Origin: Octopus vulgaris
Taxonomy: Eukaryota
NCBI GenBank assembly: GCA_951406725.2
Contig: OX597825.1
Coordinates: 28,706,001-28,770,000, forward strand
DNA length: 64,000 nt
Direction: 5' to 3'
The notes under the pieces were generated by a model that was not told where the DNA came from, made no database searches, and worked only from the letters and a program-made list of their open reading frames with translations. This document shows positions 12,534 through 25,707 of the stretch, piece after piece. The position numbers and the translations under genes are program-made. The number at the start of each line of letters is the position of its first letter. Positions within the stretch are counted from its first letter, which is position 1.

Positions 12534-12742
12534 TCAGACAAATACATAACAAAAACACTAGGACTTACAAACACATATAACATACAGAAAATTGCACCAC
12601 TAGGCACTGCACATATCCTACGCAGAACACTTTCAATACAGTAACCATCAGAGCATCACAATAAATCACAGCACATACCCAAGGCACACAGAGCTGCGTT
12701 CGGTAGTGAAGTGAAAGCACGTCATAAAAATAAAACTACTGA
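12534..12742 (+). mobile_element. R4/Dong-like LINE 3' fragment embedded in (TAA)n
   Basis: SDKYITKTLGLTNTYNIQKIAPLGTAHILRRTLSIQ* matches the R4/Dong C-terminal IQKxALLGTAHILR motif; (TAA)n on both sides. Confidence 0.8.
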
Positions 12743-12745
12743 ATG

Positions 12746-12780
<35 letters not shown>

Positions 12781-12814
12781 TATAATCATAATAATAATAA
12801 TGATAATAATAACA

Positions 12815-13033
12815 AGGGTTTAAAATTTTGCCACAAGGGCAGCAGTTTGCGGGGAGGGGATGAGTCGATTACATCGACCCCAGTGTTCAACTGGTACTTA
12901 TTTTATCGACCCCGAAAGGGATGAAAGGCAAAGACGACCTCGGTGGAATTTGAACTCAGAACGTAGCGACGGGCGAAATGCCACCAAGCATTTCGTTCGG
13001 CGCGCTAACGATTCTGTCAGCTCGCCGCCTTCC
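12815..13033 (-). mobile_element. SINE family B, full length, type-1 tail
   Basis: Head GGCGGCGAGCTG..GAGTTCAAATTCC and family body on the minus strand. Confidence 0.9.
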
Positions 13034-13106
13034 CAATGATAGAAATAATAATGGATGATGCTGATGCTGATGATGATGATGATGATAACAATAATAATAA
13101 TATGAA

Positions 13107-13311
13107 TTTCTTTTTTGGCCAAAAGGGTCCAACACATGGTGGAGAATATCAAAGGGCGAGATACGACACAGAAAAGCAGGTGGAGTTTACATCGATCAAA
13201 GGAGACTACAACATTAAAGGACCTATAAATAGAAATTGGAAAAATAAATGATTAACAAAGAGAATCCCGGAAGCTCCTGGCAGTCGACTTTGAGTAATTC
13301 GGGTAAAGCCC
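13107..13311 (-). mobile_element. Probable LINE 3' UTR fragment (Tx1/L1-like) sharing its end with the SINE B type-2 tail
   Basis: Minus end TGTGTTGGACCCTTTTGGCCAAAAAAGAAA resembles the SINE tail TGTGTTTAGCCCCTTGTGGGCAATAAAGAAA; no SINE body is attached. Confidence 0.5.
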
Positions 13312-13337
13312 GCACAAAATACCCGGGTAACTATACC

Positions 13338-13519
13338 GGTAACCGGTTATAAAGTCACAGGATAAAAGTCATAATTAATTTATGGTGACCGGTAATAAAG
13401 TCACAGTTAATTCATGGGATCCGGACAAAACCCCCTCGGGCACCACCCCACCGGACAAAACTTCTGTGACTTTTTTTCCGTAACTTACTTTCCTGTGACT
13501 TTTTTCTTTACCTGGATTC
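13338..13519. mobile_element. MITE with subterminal AAAGTCAC repeats and an 8-bp TSD
   Basis: ACTATACC at 13330-13337 and 13520-13527; AAAGTCAC units on the left and GTGACTTT units on the right. Confidence 0.7.
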
Positions 13520-13527
13520 ACTATACC

Positions 13528-13757
13528 TATTTCTTTACTACCCAGAAGGGGCTACACACAGAGGGGACAAACAGGGACAGACAAACGGATTAAGTCGATT
13601 ATATAGACCCTAGTGCGTAACTGGTACTTATTTAATCGACCCCGAAAGGATGAAAGGCAAAGTCGACCTCGGTGGAATTTGAACTCAGAACGTAGCGGGA
13701 GACGAAATACTGCTAAGCATTTCGCCCGGAATGCTAACTTTTCTGCCAGCTCGCCGC
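13528..13757 (-). mobile_element. SINE family B, type-2 tail
   Basis: Family head and body plus the tail ending GTAGTAAAGAAATA on the minus strand. Confidence 0.9.
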
Positions 13758-14274
13758 GTTATGCCAGCTCGACGCGTTTGCCACCATCCCCCAAAACAGC
13801 TGAAATACGTGAAAAAATAAAGAGTTGGCAAATATCGAGATGAATTCAAATATACAAATGGGAAACGATTATATGGTCCAGTTATATTATATACACGGAA
13901 CGGTGTACTTCAGTCTCTATACATTCATGATCGTGTTCATGGCTTTGTGCAACTGAAGGCCGTCACATTGCATTATCAATGAATCATTTCAATGATTCTT
14001 TCGAGCAATGGCTTTGCTCGTATACGAGAAAGCAGTCACTATGTATGTATGTATGTATGTAAGTATGTATGTATGTATGTATGTATGTATGTATGTATGT
14101 ATGTATGTATGTATGTATGTATGTATGTATGTATGTATGAATGTATGTACGTAGTACGTATGTATGTATGTATGTATGTATGTATGTATGTATGTATGTA
14201 TGTATGTATGTATGTATGAATGTATGTACGTAGTACGTACGTATGTATGTATGTATGTATGTATGTATGTATGT

Positions 14275-14679
14275 CCTATCTTTTAATTATTATATATGTT
14301 CCACTGATGAGGGAGACAGTTTCCAACAAAGATACAAGCCTCCAACTCTGGGATGTAGTTAACACAGACAAATTCACATTTGGAACTTGAGAAAGGTCTT
14401 GCATATATTTACTGTTCCACTCACAGATTGTACCTGTAATGTACGAATTAGCTGGCTGATTTCTCTTTCTGAGAATCCCAGTTTATCCAGATTCTCCTTT
14501 AAGCATTTACTAACAAAACCTAGTGTTCCAATTATTATTACTATGAATATGAATTCATAGTCTGGATATAAAACCCGAAGGTTTCGAAGGAATTGTCCAT
14601 AGATATCCTTCTTTTCTTTGATTTTCAGAGATATTTATATCTGCAGGGCAGCTGACCTCTATGATGAGCAGCTGATCTC

Positions 14680-14680
<1 letters not shown>
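14275..14680 (-). mobile_element. RLE-type non-LTR retrotransposon 3' fragment in (CATA)n, copy 1
   Basis: Minus: LLIIEVSCPADINI..KEKKDIYGQFLRNLRVLYPDYEFIFIVIIIGTLGFVSKCLKENLDKLGFSEREISQLIRTLQVQSVSGTVNICKTFLKFQM* (stop 14374-76); flanked by (TATG)n. Confidence 0.8.
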
Positions 14681-14713
<33 letters not shown>

Positions 14714-14871
14714 TGTATGTATGTATGTATGTATGTATGTATGTATGTATGTATGTATGTATGTATGTACGTATTATGTATGTATGTATTATGTATCTAT
14801 GTATGTATGTATGTATGTATCTATGTATGTATGTATGTATGCATGTATGTTCGTATGTATGCATGTATGTA

Positions 14872-15222
14872 TATCCTTATTCAGTTTTATTTCAAGATTT
14901 CTTGCCAATAGAGTAAAAAAGCCGAATTCTAACCTAGATCCGAGGCTCCTTCATTGAAATTGCAACATCTACACGGTATATTTGCACGTTTGTATTTATG
15001 AATATTGTATATGTGCAGATTCGAAAGTTTTGTTTAATGGAAATATAGTCATGCATATAGTTGCATATCTAGACAAGCTCATGTATATTCAAATGATAAA
15101 CTTCTGGAAAGTTTCACAGATTTTTACAGTTCCAGTAATGGACTGGATCTATAGATTCGAATCAGCATTGTCATTTCTGATTTTGAGAAACCTAATTGCT
15201 CAAAATTGGTATTTAGTCAGTG
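14872..15222 (-). mobile_element. RLE-type non-LTR retrotransposon 3' fragment in (CATA)n, copy 2
   Basis: Minus: NFEQLGFSKSEMTMLIRI..IQSITGTVKICETFQKFII*, then a 3' UTR shared with copy 3. Confidence 0.75.
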
Positions 15223-15232
15223 TGTATGTATG

Positions 15233-15600
15233 TCATTATTACGTTTTATTTCAGGATTTCTTTCAAATAGAGAGAGAGAGCCGGTTTCTATCCTAGATGG
15301 AAGGCTCCTTCATTGAAATTTCAACATCAACAGGGTATTTTGTATGTATGTACTTACGTATATGTGCGGATTTGTATGTTTTGTTTTATGCATGTCTTCT
15401 CATGCATATACTTGCATATCTAGGCGTTGTCTTAAATATTTAAATAATAAACTTCTGGAAAGTTTTACAGATTTATACAGTTCCAGTGAAGGATTGGATC
15501 TGTAGTCTTCGAATTAACTTCCTCCTTTCTGGTTTTGAGAAGCCTAATTTCTCAAGGTTAGTATTTAGGCAGTGTGTTACATATCCCGAGGCCCCAACAA
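15233..15600 (-). mobile_element. RLE-type non-LTR retrotransposon 3' fragment in (CATA)n, copy 3
   Basis: Minus: IVGASGYVTHCLNTNLEKLGFSKPERRKLIRRLQIQSFTGTV*ICKTFQKFII*. Confidence 0.8.
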
Positions 15601-15752
15601 TGTATGCATGTATGCATTTATGTATCTATGAATATATATATACAGAGGCATGTATGCATATATTTAAGTACCTATGAACTTTTATAGGCATGTAAGTATG
15701 TATGAATGCATGTATGTATGTATGTATGTATGTATGTATGTATGTATGTATG

Positions 15753-15783
<31 letters not shown>

Positions 15784-16154
15784 GTGTGTACGAGTGTTTT
15801 TATGTATCTACGTATGTATTTATATATGTGTGTATCAAAGTATTTATGTTTGCACGTATGCATACGTTGCTGGCGAGTTAGAGATGGCAGGTTCGTATGA
15901 CAGCAACTGTGTACGTGTGTAGCGTTGAGGATATATCGCTTCATCGCTTCTAAGAGCTCGTGCGCGCGTACGTGCGTGCGTAAGTGTACTTTAGTTCTGC
16001 ATCTATATATGGCTAAGCATAAATACGTTTATACGTCTGGATTCGTGATTAGAAGTGAGGTGTGTATATAACTGTTTGCTTCTGCATATATTTGACTATT
16101 AGTCATCTATTTCCCTATGTGTGAATGTTTGAAAATCACTGTCTATGTACGAGC

Positions 16155-16204
<50 letters not shown>

Positions 16205-16509
16205 GTATATATGCATATATGTATATATACGTGTGTATATTGCATGTGTATATATCGTTGTGCACGGGCTTGTTTATGCGTATATGCGTACGCGAGTGTA
16301 AATGTATGCTCCAAGAGGGCATTATGAAATGATATCGATTTAACCAAATACGACCATTAGAACGAGAGAAAGATCCTATGACCCCCTAATCCATATAATC
16401 CAGGAAGCTTAATTCCTTTGAAACAGAATCATATTACATTTCATCCATTGTCATGAGACATTACGGTCAAGGTTGCACTGCTCTCCATCTCTCTTTCTAC
16501 ACACGCATC

Positions 16510-16519
16510 TATATACATA

Positions 16520-16560
<41 letters not shown>

Positions 16561-16836
16561 TATACATACATACGTACATATATAAATACATACACATATA
16601 TATATATACATACATACATACATACATATATATATATACTTACATACATATATATATATAAATATATATATATATGTATGCAAGTATATATATGTATATA
16701 TATATATGTATGTAAGTATATATTTATATATATATATAGATATATATACTTACATACATATATATATATATATATATAAATATATATATATATGTATGCA
16801 AGTATATATATATGTATATATATATATATATATACT

Positions 16837-16878
<42 letters not shown>

Positions 16879-16986
16879 AAATATATATATATTTATATAT
16901 ATATATAAATATATACTTATATACATATATATGTGTGTTTGAGTGTATATACATAAACGTTATATATATATGTACACATATGTACA

Positions 16987-17038
<52 letters not shown>

Positions 17039-17114
17039 CATACATAGATACATAGATACATACATACATACATGCATATATATATGTATATATATATATG
17101 TAAATATATATATG

Positions 17115-17196
<82 letters not shown>
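16510..17196. repeat. Long compound (TA)n/(CATA)n/(TG)n microsatellite
   Basis: About 690 bp of alternating purine-pyrimidine sequence with internal sub-duplications. Confidence 0.95.
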
Positions 17197-17198
<2 letters not shown>

Positions 17199-17564
17199 AG
17201 GAAACTGAAAATGTGTGCATATATTTGTCTGATTGTGTATATGTGTATATGAGGAGATTTTGTTGATTACTGGCTAGATTTAGAGCAATAACATATGCGT
17301 GTATATTTCTGTGTGTGTGCGTGCGCGTGCACAGGGAATGTTGTAGAGTGCGTTTGTCTAGAGAGTGGTTACGTGAAAGATTAAGATAAATGGAGATTGC
17401 ATGCAAATCTAACTTGTGCAACCTGGCACGTTTATTTCAACTCTGTTGAAGGGCCATAATGCATACATATATACATGCAGGCATATAAACACCCACACAT
17501 ACACCCACACAGACACACATATCTCTAATATGTGTATGAATACATAAATATATTCAAATACATG

Positions 17565-17603
<39 letters not shown>

Positions 17604-18694
17604 GTATATATATACATATAGATATGCACATATATATATACAAACAGACACACACATGCACACACATACGCACACGCATAATACATATAATATGCATAAA
17701 TATAAGCACCTCTCAAATGGAAAAGCTGAGCAAGCAGTTGCAGCGCTGATCCTGGTCACATCAGTAATACTGGCAAAAATGTATGACCAGCTTTAACTTG
17801 ACAAGAAAAATAAATAACTTGACTCATCCTTGTTTTCTGGTCTCCGGTATTAGTGATCAACGTCTTATTTAATCGGTCCATTTTGGTTTCACATACGATC
17901 AGTAAATTCGATAATTACAAGCGTAGGTATATCATCACCAGCCAATAGTTAGTCTGAGGGTGAACAGGCAAGGAAACAGGACCTTTATATCCAGTTTTAT
18001 AGTCCTTATTGGTAGAGTGGAGTTAAAAATAGTTCCTCTTATTGATATATCTACCTTCATATACCGGTGTCAGCCATTTTATTCCTTTGCTTTTATTTGT
18101 TCTGCTCACTGGACTGCTGCCATGTTGGGAAACCGTCTTGAAATGTTTAGTCGTACAAATCGACCCCCAATATTTACTTTTGAAGTTTGGTACGTATTCC
18201 ATTTCTCTCTTTTGGCAGACCTACTACCCACACTCGTCTTCAGCATCACTACAGACAAATGTAGTTCTCAGTTTTCAATCGTGAAACAAGTGAAACATCT
18301 GCATGAGTTTCGCCAGTAACCAAGAAAACATATTTTCCACTGTATGACGAAATATTAGCCAATAACAGTTTCTTTCTCTGATGCCTTCAAGAGTCTGAGA
18401 AGTGACAACCGGCCGCTATATCTTGCCTTTCTGTCTGTCTGTCCGTCTGTCTGTCTATCTGTCTTCCTGTTTGTCTTTCTACCTGCATTTCTGTGTGTGT
18501 GCGTGCGTGTGTGTGTGTGTGTAGTTAATATGGGAATACACTGCACTACATATTACATGTGTGTATATATCTATACCTATATGTGTAAGTGTGTGAGCAT
18601 CCATATATATATATATGCATATGCTTATGCATGTATATATGAGTGTGTGTATATATATTAATATATACATGTATAGTTTCAAATAATAATAATG

Positions 18695-19082
18695 ATAATT
18701 TAATGGTTTCAAATTTTGCCACAGGGGCAGCCACTTTGGGGAGGGGATAACTCGATTACATCGACTCCAGTCTTTCACTGGTACTTATTTTGCTGACTCC
18801 GAAAGGGTGAGAGTCGACCTTGGTGGAGTTTGAACTCAGAACGTAACGACAGACGAAATACTTATTTCTTTATTGCCCACAGGGGGCTAAACACACAGAG
18901 AACAAACAAGGACAGACACACGGATTAAGTCGATTATATTGACCCAAGTGTGTAACTGGTACTTATTTAATCGACCCCGAAAAGATGAAAGGCAAAGTCG
19001 ACCTCGGCGGAATTTGAACTCAGAACGAAATACCTGAAAGTATTTCGCCCGGCGTGCTAACGTTTCTGCCAGCTCGCCGCCT
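18695..19082 (-). mobile_element. SINE family B composite (type-2-tail unit followed by a truncated type-1-tail unit)
   Basis: Minus-strand junction AATAAAGAAATA|AGTATTTCGTC near 18861. Confidence 0.85.
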
Positions 19083-19411
19083 TCGATAATAATGATGACA
19101 TTAATAACAACAACATAAACGCGCGAGAACACACATATGTATATGTGTGCCTCAGCCACTGCCAGTGTATATATATGTGCGTGTGTATGTGTGTGTATGT
19201 GTATGATCATGTGGGTGTGTATCTATCTACGAATCAAACCAGGTACCCTTTTGATGGAGTATCACTTCGCCTAGGCATACATATAAATAATATTTTATAT
19301 AATCGGTTTTATTGACCTCAGTATTAATTTTATATTATCGAGCATAAATTGTGAAAAGCGAAATCAACCAAGAAAAGATATATGTCGTGACATAAATTAA
19401 ATATGCAAGAC

Positions 19412-19464
19412 ATTTTATCCGTCATTCTAGACAGATTAAATTTGTCTAGAACGACGGATAAAAT
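19412..19464. repeat. 53-nt near-perfect hairpin
   Basis: ATTTTATCCGTCATTCTAGACA pairs with TGTCTAGAACGACGGATAAAAT with one mismatch. Confidence 0.85.
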
Positions 19465-20269
19465 TTATTAGAATATATAAATAGATATATAGGCTCTTTA
19501 GTAAAATATAGGCTGCGGAGAAAAGCCTTCCTCGATAAATGCTCCAACAGCACCGACCCAAAACATAATGGTAGCTAAAGAAAAGTAGACTAATAAAGAG
19601 TGTAAAACATTAGTGACATGAAGACCCCTTTAACAGTTACCGAACGTCATTAGTTATGATGCTGTCTAAAAACAAGTGTGGGAGGTTTCTCTGTCGTACA
19701 CTACATATGACAAGGAAGTTTGGAAGTATACTTTTGCTATTATGGATGATATCAGGAAATATGGCGTACATACAATAATTGTAACTTATCTACACCAAAT
19801 TTCCTGGCGCATATGCAGAGTGAATAACTGAATATTAATTTTTAAAAGAAAAAATATCTTTTGCTTTAAAATGAAATTAAATAAGACAAGTTTCTTTGTT
19901 ATACATTTTGAGGAGATGTATCTAATTAGATTTCTAAATTCTGTCACATTAATCGTAATCTTTTGCATCGAATCTCTGCAAAATTTCATAAGAATTGTGC
20001 ATTTTTCACAAAGTTATAAGAATAAAGTTAGATGGTGAACTTATGCCTCTTTCTGTGTGTCTATCTTTCTCTTTCTGTCTCTATCTCTCTCTGTCACAGT
20101 CTGTCTCTCTCTCTCGTCCCCCTCTCTCTCACTCATTCTTTCTTATATTGTGTTAACACGTAAAGCATTTTTATAGTTGTGTTTTTTGCTTTATTTTTGC
20201 AGCTCTATTCTCCCTCTGTAAGTTTTTATCGCTTTAGAAATCTAAGCAAATGTTAACCTTTTCTCAAAC

Positions 20270-20690
20270 ATAAGAAGATGTAGTGCTAACGTAGATAAAA
20301 AATCCGACCACTTCGCCACCTGCTTCTCATTGCTTTAAATCAAGGTTCCAAAACTGCTAAAGCCGATCGAGAAATTTGTGCTGTGTATAGAGAAGGTGCT
20401 ATCACAAAGAACTGCACAGAAATGGTTTTCAAGGAGGGAAAATTTACCTCTTCTCTGCGATCCGGCGGACCTGTTCATTCTCATTGGGGATCGAGTGAAT
20501 AAGTCCATCCACGGGGAACTGTAGCAATTTACTAAGGAATTAGCACAGCAGATGGAATGATTTCATGATACCGTAACTCGACTCTTTCACTCGATGGATG
20601 AGATCCTTGGATTTCACAAGCTCTGAACGAAAGAAAAAAGCTGAAGACTGAACATCGTTGATTTGACGAAAAGTGCTATTCAAGCGCTCT
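20270..20690 (+). pseudogene. Mariner transposase N-terminal remnant
   Basis: RHLLLIALNQGSKTAKADREICAVYREGAIT..RTAQKWF..RSGGPV (mariner HTH region with the GRP-like linker), frameshifted. Confidence 0.75.
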
Positions 20691-20996
20691 GTTGGGGAGT
20701 TCTGTTGACAACCGATGTTGGTGTGTTGAAGTCACTGAAACTTGGAGGTTCAACAAAAGAGACCGAAAGAATAAGTACTAAGCTTGCAAACAATAAGTCC
20801 CGGGGGCAATTTGTTCGAGTAAAGGCGGTACTCTAGCATGGCCGCAGTCAATCGACTGAAACAAGTAAATGAATAAAAGAATATATATAAATCCCCTCAC
20901 AAAGACTAAGTAAAAAAAGACAACAACAACAACAACAACGCGAGTACGTGGTACATGCAAATTATTAGCAGATGTTCAGGAAAGGACAGAAAGATG

Positions 20997-21031
20997 GTTT
21001 AAGGTTTCGAGCAGAGCTCTTCTTCAGAAAC
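20997..21031 (-). ncRNA. Minimal PLE-type hammerhead motif within a fragment at ~20900-21110
   Basis: Minus: GTTT-CTGAAGA-A-GAGC tct GCTC-GAAA-CC-TT-AAAC; the surrounding sequence is homologous to 59995-60200. Confidence 0.65.
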
Positions 21032-21114
21032 AGGGGTAAGTCCAATAGAAAAGGAAGACAGATGAAGAATATCGCCAGATCGCCAGCGATTAACATGCGG
21101 TTACATTTTGAAAA

Positions 21115-21209
<95 letters not shown>

Positions 21210-21229
21210 TGAGTGTGTGTGCGTGAATC

Positions 21230-22010
21230 GATTCACCTTGATTATCTCACTTCCATTTCTTAATATATAATTAACCTAAGATATTTCTACCTAACTAATT
21301 AACCTTTCTCCGCGGGTAGTAAATATTATTTCCAACAGATCCTATATTTTAATTCATGAAATCTGAATAATTTACTCTTCTAAATTACTTCTCTTCATAT
21401 TATTAAATCACCTTCTACTAAACCTACTAATATCTTTCTTCTTTGATTTTTCCTCTTCTATTTTTCCTAGTCTATATTTTGGACCCATAAGACTTTTTCC
21501 CCAATTAATAAGTATTATGCTTACTCATTATAAGTGATAGACTTTTCTCTAATTTTGAATAAATTTTAGATCTATAATTTCTCCTTTAATCCAACGTATC
21601 AAAGTACTCAGAACCTATCAGCTAATGTTGATGTATATTAGTTTTATAAAAATCTCTGCATTCTCTATGAGTCTCCTTATAACCATTTGACATTAACCTA
21701 GTTTTCCTAATGCTAAATCTGTTTACCAAATAGTAGTAATTGGCATTGTAATGTGACAAACCTTTTCTTTATATGGAACTTTGACATCTATTTCACCCCT
21801 ATTTCTATAAATAGAAAATCTTTGTTGTCTCCTTTAATTTGTCCATTCTTCTCAGAACCTTCTAACAGTTCAGAGCAACTGAATTTTAGTCAGTCAGTTG
21901 ATAAACTCCACTACCTTAAATGTTCTTAAAATTTAAATCCACATCTTTGTCTATATATCTACCTTCTATATAAGGTTATCACTTGATATGAAAATTATGT
22001 ATTAATGGAA
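21230..22010 (-). pseudogene. Possible extremely decayed Penelope-like RT/thumb region
   Basis: Only scattered minus-strand hints (GRYIDKD ~21950, VPYK ~21775, TRLMSNGYK ~21690) in the expected order, abutting an oppositely oriented HHR-bearing segment. Confidence 0.3.
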
Positions 22011-22022
22011 AACCTCTATTAA

Positions 22023-22106
22023 TGGCCGATGAGTGCTCAGCAATTTAAAACTGTTGTAATGCTTACAACATTTAATAAAATGATGTAGTGCGAAACGATC
22101 GTACCA
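22023..22106 (+). ncRNA. Hammerhead motif, mildly decayed
   Basis: TGG-CCGATGA (U4 to C)-GTGCTCAGCA..TGATGTAGTGC-GAAA-CGATCG-TA-CCA; palindromic stem III, 3-bp stem I. Confidence 0.6.
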
Positions 22107-22236
22107 AATTACCAAAGTTATTCTTGTTGCTTATTTTGATTATAATCACCCCATGGATTTATATGGATAACACCATTCAAAATTCTGGTGCATCTAACTT
22201 AAGTACCATATTCATTTGAATCTAAATTTTGCTGAA

Positions 22237-22293
<57 letters not shown>

Positions 22294-22308
22294 TAGATAG
22301 ATAGATAC

Positions 22309-22361
<53 letters not shown>

Positions 22362-22796
22362 ATACGATGGGGAAGAAAGTGACAGAAGGATTAAAAACTA
22401 TAAGGTTGAACGAAAAAAACAACTGAACTTCTATCCAATTGTAGGAAAAGACACGATAGTATATTCTATATACAGACATAGTCACGATGATTAATTATAT
22501 ATCCACACGAATCTATGTGCATATTTCCAGTTATACCATATATTTTTATGATATTTCGTCAGATATAAAATAATCAATGTAATACGATATCATAAAATCA
22601 CTGTGAATGTGAATACATGTGTGTACGGACGAAAAATTGCTCGTGTGTACGTGTGTATATGCGTGAAGTTGCTACAGTGCGTGCGTGAATTTATATAATT
22701 AAATCCATGCATTCCTTTCTTTTAGATTGCAGCTGATTATGACTTTATAAATATAATTGTACACACACGACTACCATACATACGCGTTCGCATATC

Positions 22797-22876
<80 letters not shown>

Positions 22877-22883
22877 AATTATG

Positions 22884-22916
<33 letters not shown>

Positions 22917-23201
22917 GTATATATATATGTATATATATATATACATATATATATATATGTATATATATATGTATGTATGTATACATATATACACATACAC
23001 ACACACACACACACGCACACGCACACACAGAGAAGAGAATCGGATGTTCTCCGTATACAATACACGTTGTAGTGCTCAAGAGATTTAAACCTGAGCGAGT
23101 AGGGGAGTAAATGTAAGGATAAGCAAGTTAGGCGGGGCGATGCACAAAGAATATTTAATGCATTAAATACAAAAGGGATGCATATATATGTTTACATATG
23201 A

Positions 23202-23296
<95 letters not shown>

Positions 23297-23445
23297 GCAG
23301 GGGTTCTCAAATGTTCCTGGGTTTAAGAGTATCAAGAATGACCTGGTTTTACAGGGGTTAGACAAACTGAAGGACCGGTGCAATAAGTGTGTGTATCTGA
23401 GAGGTGAATAAATTTCAAATCAGGAACTTTTCAGCAACCTCTCGC
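23297..23445 (+). mobile_element. Mariner-derived MITE
   Basis: Imperfect TIRs (GGGGTTCTCAAATGTTCCTG / CAGGAACTTTTCAGCAACCTCT), TA flanks, internal [18 protein letters not shown] mariner C-terminus. Confidence 0.7.
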
Positions 23446-23472
23446 ATATATTTATACATATATATATATATA

Positions 23473-23524
23473 TTAGACATGGCCTGGACCAATCTTTGGT
23501 CGAAACATATCTAAGTTTATCTAA
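23473..23524 (+). mobile_element. 52-bp 3' end of the CR1-like LINE
   Basis: TTAGACATGGCCTGGACCAATCTTTGGTCGAAACATATCTAAG matches the minus-strand tail at 5625-5675. Confidence 0.7.
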
Positions 23525-23686
23525 GGCGCAGGAGTGGCTGTGTGGTAAGTAGCTTGCTAACCAACCTCATGGTTCTGGGTTCAGTCCCACTGCGTGGCAC
23601 CTTGGGCAAGTGTCTTCTGCTATAGCCCCGGGCCGACCAATGCCTTGTGAGTGGATTTGGTAGATGGAAACTGAAAGAAGCCTGTC

Positions 23687-23738
<52 letters not shown>

Positions 23739-24017
23739 CGGGAAGCTTTATGAAAATAGACAAAAGACGAAGGCAGGTGGAAAACAAACAAACAATTATG
23801 TATGTGTGTGTTTGTGTGTCTGTGTTTGTCCCTCTAGCATTGCTTGACAACCGATGCTGGTGTGTTTACGTCCCCGTCACTTAGCGGTTCGGCAAAAAGA
23901 GACCGATAGAATAAGTACTGGGCTTACAAAGAATAAGTCCCGGGGTCGATTTGCTCGACTAAAGGCGGTGCTCCAGCATGGCCGCAGTCAAATGACTGAA
24001 ACAAGTAAAAGAGTAGA

Positions 24018-24018
<1 letters not shown>
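23525..24018 (+). mobile_element. SINE family A with a 60-bp PLE-family fragment (23737-23797) in its internal microsatellite
   Basis: Full head and tail; the insert matches 59994-60052. Confidence 0.9.
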
Positions 24019-24072
<54 letters not shown>

Positions 24073-24085
24073 AATAAATATAATA

Positions 24086-24500
<415 letters not shown>

Positions 24501-24505
24501 TATAC

Positions 24506-24563
<58 letters not shown>

Positions 24564-24570
<7 letters not shown>

Positions 24571-25707
24571 AATAAAATAGAACATATGCGTATATATAAA
24601 CATATATGTACGTACCTACCTCTACATGTACATATACACGCATATATGTGTACAGGACACCAAAAAGACGTCGAACACATAGAGAGACGAAAAACATAGA
24701 CACAAACCAAGGAACAGGACAAGCAAAAAAAAAGGGATACAAGACAATTAGCACAACGAAAAATCCCCTTCTTCAGTCGCTAAGGTTTCATCTACTCTAC
24801 GTTTCGAAGGATAAAAGCGAGACGTATCTTCGAAGAAACTTCCTTCCTGCGAAGAGCAAATCAATAAAAATTCTGAGATCTTTTCGCAGAGGGGTAAAAA
24901 ATGGTAAAAAAAAAAAATGGTAAAAAAAACAAGCAAGACGGTAACGACAGTACAAACATATAAACAGTAAAAAAATATATATAAACAGTGGAAAAATAAA
25001 TATATAACAGTGAGAGACAGGACAAGGAGAACAAGATAAGAAGGGCTGTTTACGCCAGACGAAAAAAGTATTGCAAACGCTGGATTATAGTGGACGACGA
25101 GAGAGCAGGAATGTCGACCAGTGGCCTTAGAAGGCGGGCGAGAAAAGACAGGATAGCAGTTACGACGGAAGTATCGTCGCAGATGGACGACGGGAATGGG
25201 GGAGGAGGAGCAAGAGGAAGAGAGAGAAGAAGGGGAATGGTGCGAGGAGACCATGAAGAATGGTGAGGGGGAGAGAGAGAATGAAGAATGAGAGAGAGAG
25301 GAAGAGACAAGTTAAGTGAGGGAAAAAAGACGAAAAAGGGAATGGGATAGAAAGAAAGAAAGATGCAGAGTCGCGTGAGAGTTAATATCAAGGCTAACTT
25401 GATAAACAGAACAATCTTACTTAATAGGGTGCGTGCGTTTAGTCGTATAATATGTTAATAAAATAGAACATATGCATATATATAAACATATATGTACGTA
25501 CCTACCTCTACATGTACATATACACGCATATATGTGTACAGGACACCAAAAAGACGTCGAACACATAGAGAGACGAAAAACATAGACACAAACCAAGGAA
25601 CAGGACAAGCAAAAAAAGGGATACAAGACAATTAGCACAACGAAAAATCCCCTTCTTCAGTCGCTAAGGTTTCATCTACTCTACGTTTCGAAGGATAAAA
25701 GCGAGAC
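24564..25707 (-). mobile_element. Non-coding PLE/retrozyme-like element with ~260-bp terminal direct repeats (~885-bp unit, ~1.3-mer)
   Basis: 24564-24823 and 25450-25707 are near-identical; (TA)n flanks; hammerhead-like boxes GAAACGTA and CTGAAGA on the minus strand in each repeat. Confidence 0.7.

Noticed and set aside
14300-14595. CTGATGAGGG...CCCGAAG as a hammerhead
   Set aside because: It lies antisense to an RLE LINE coding end and 3' UTR; GAAA and stem III are absent.
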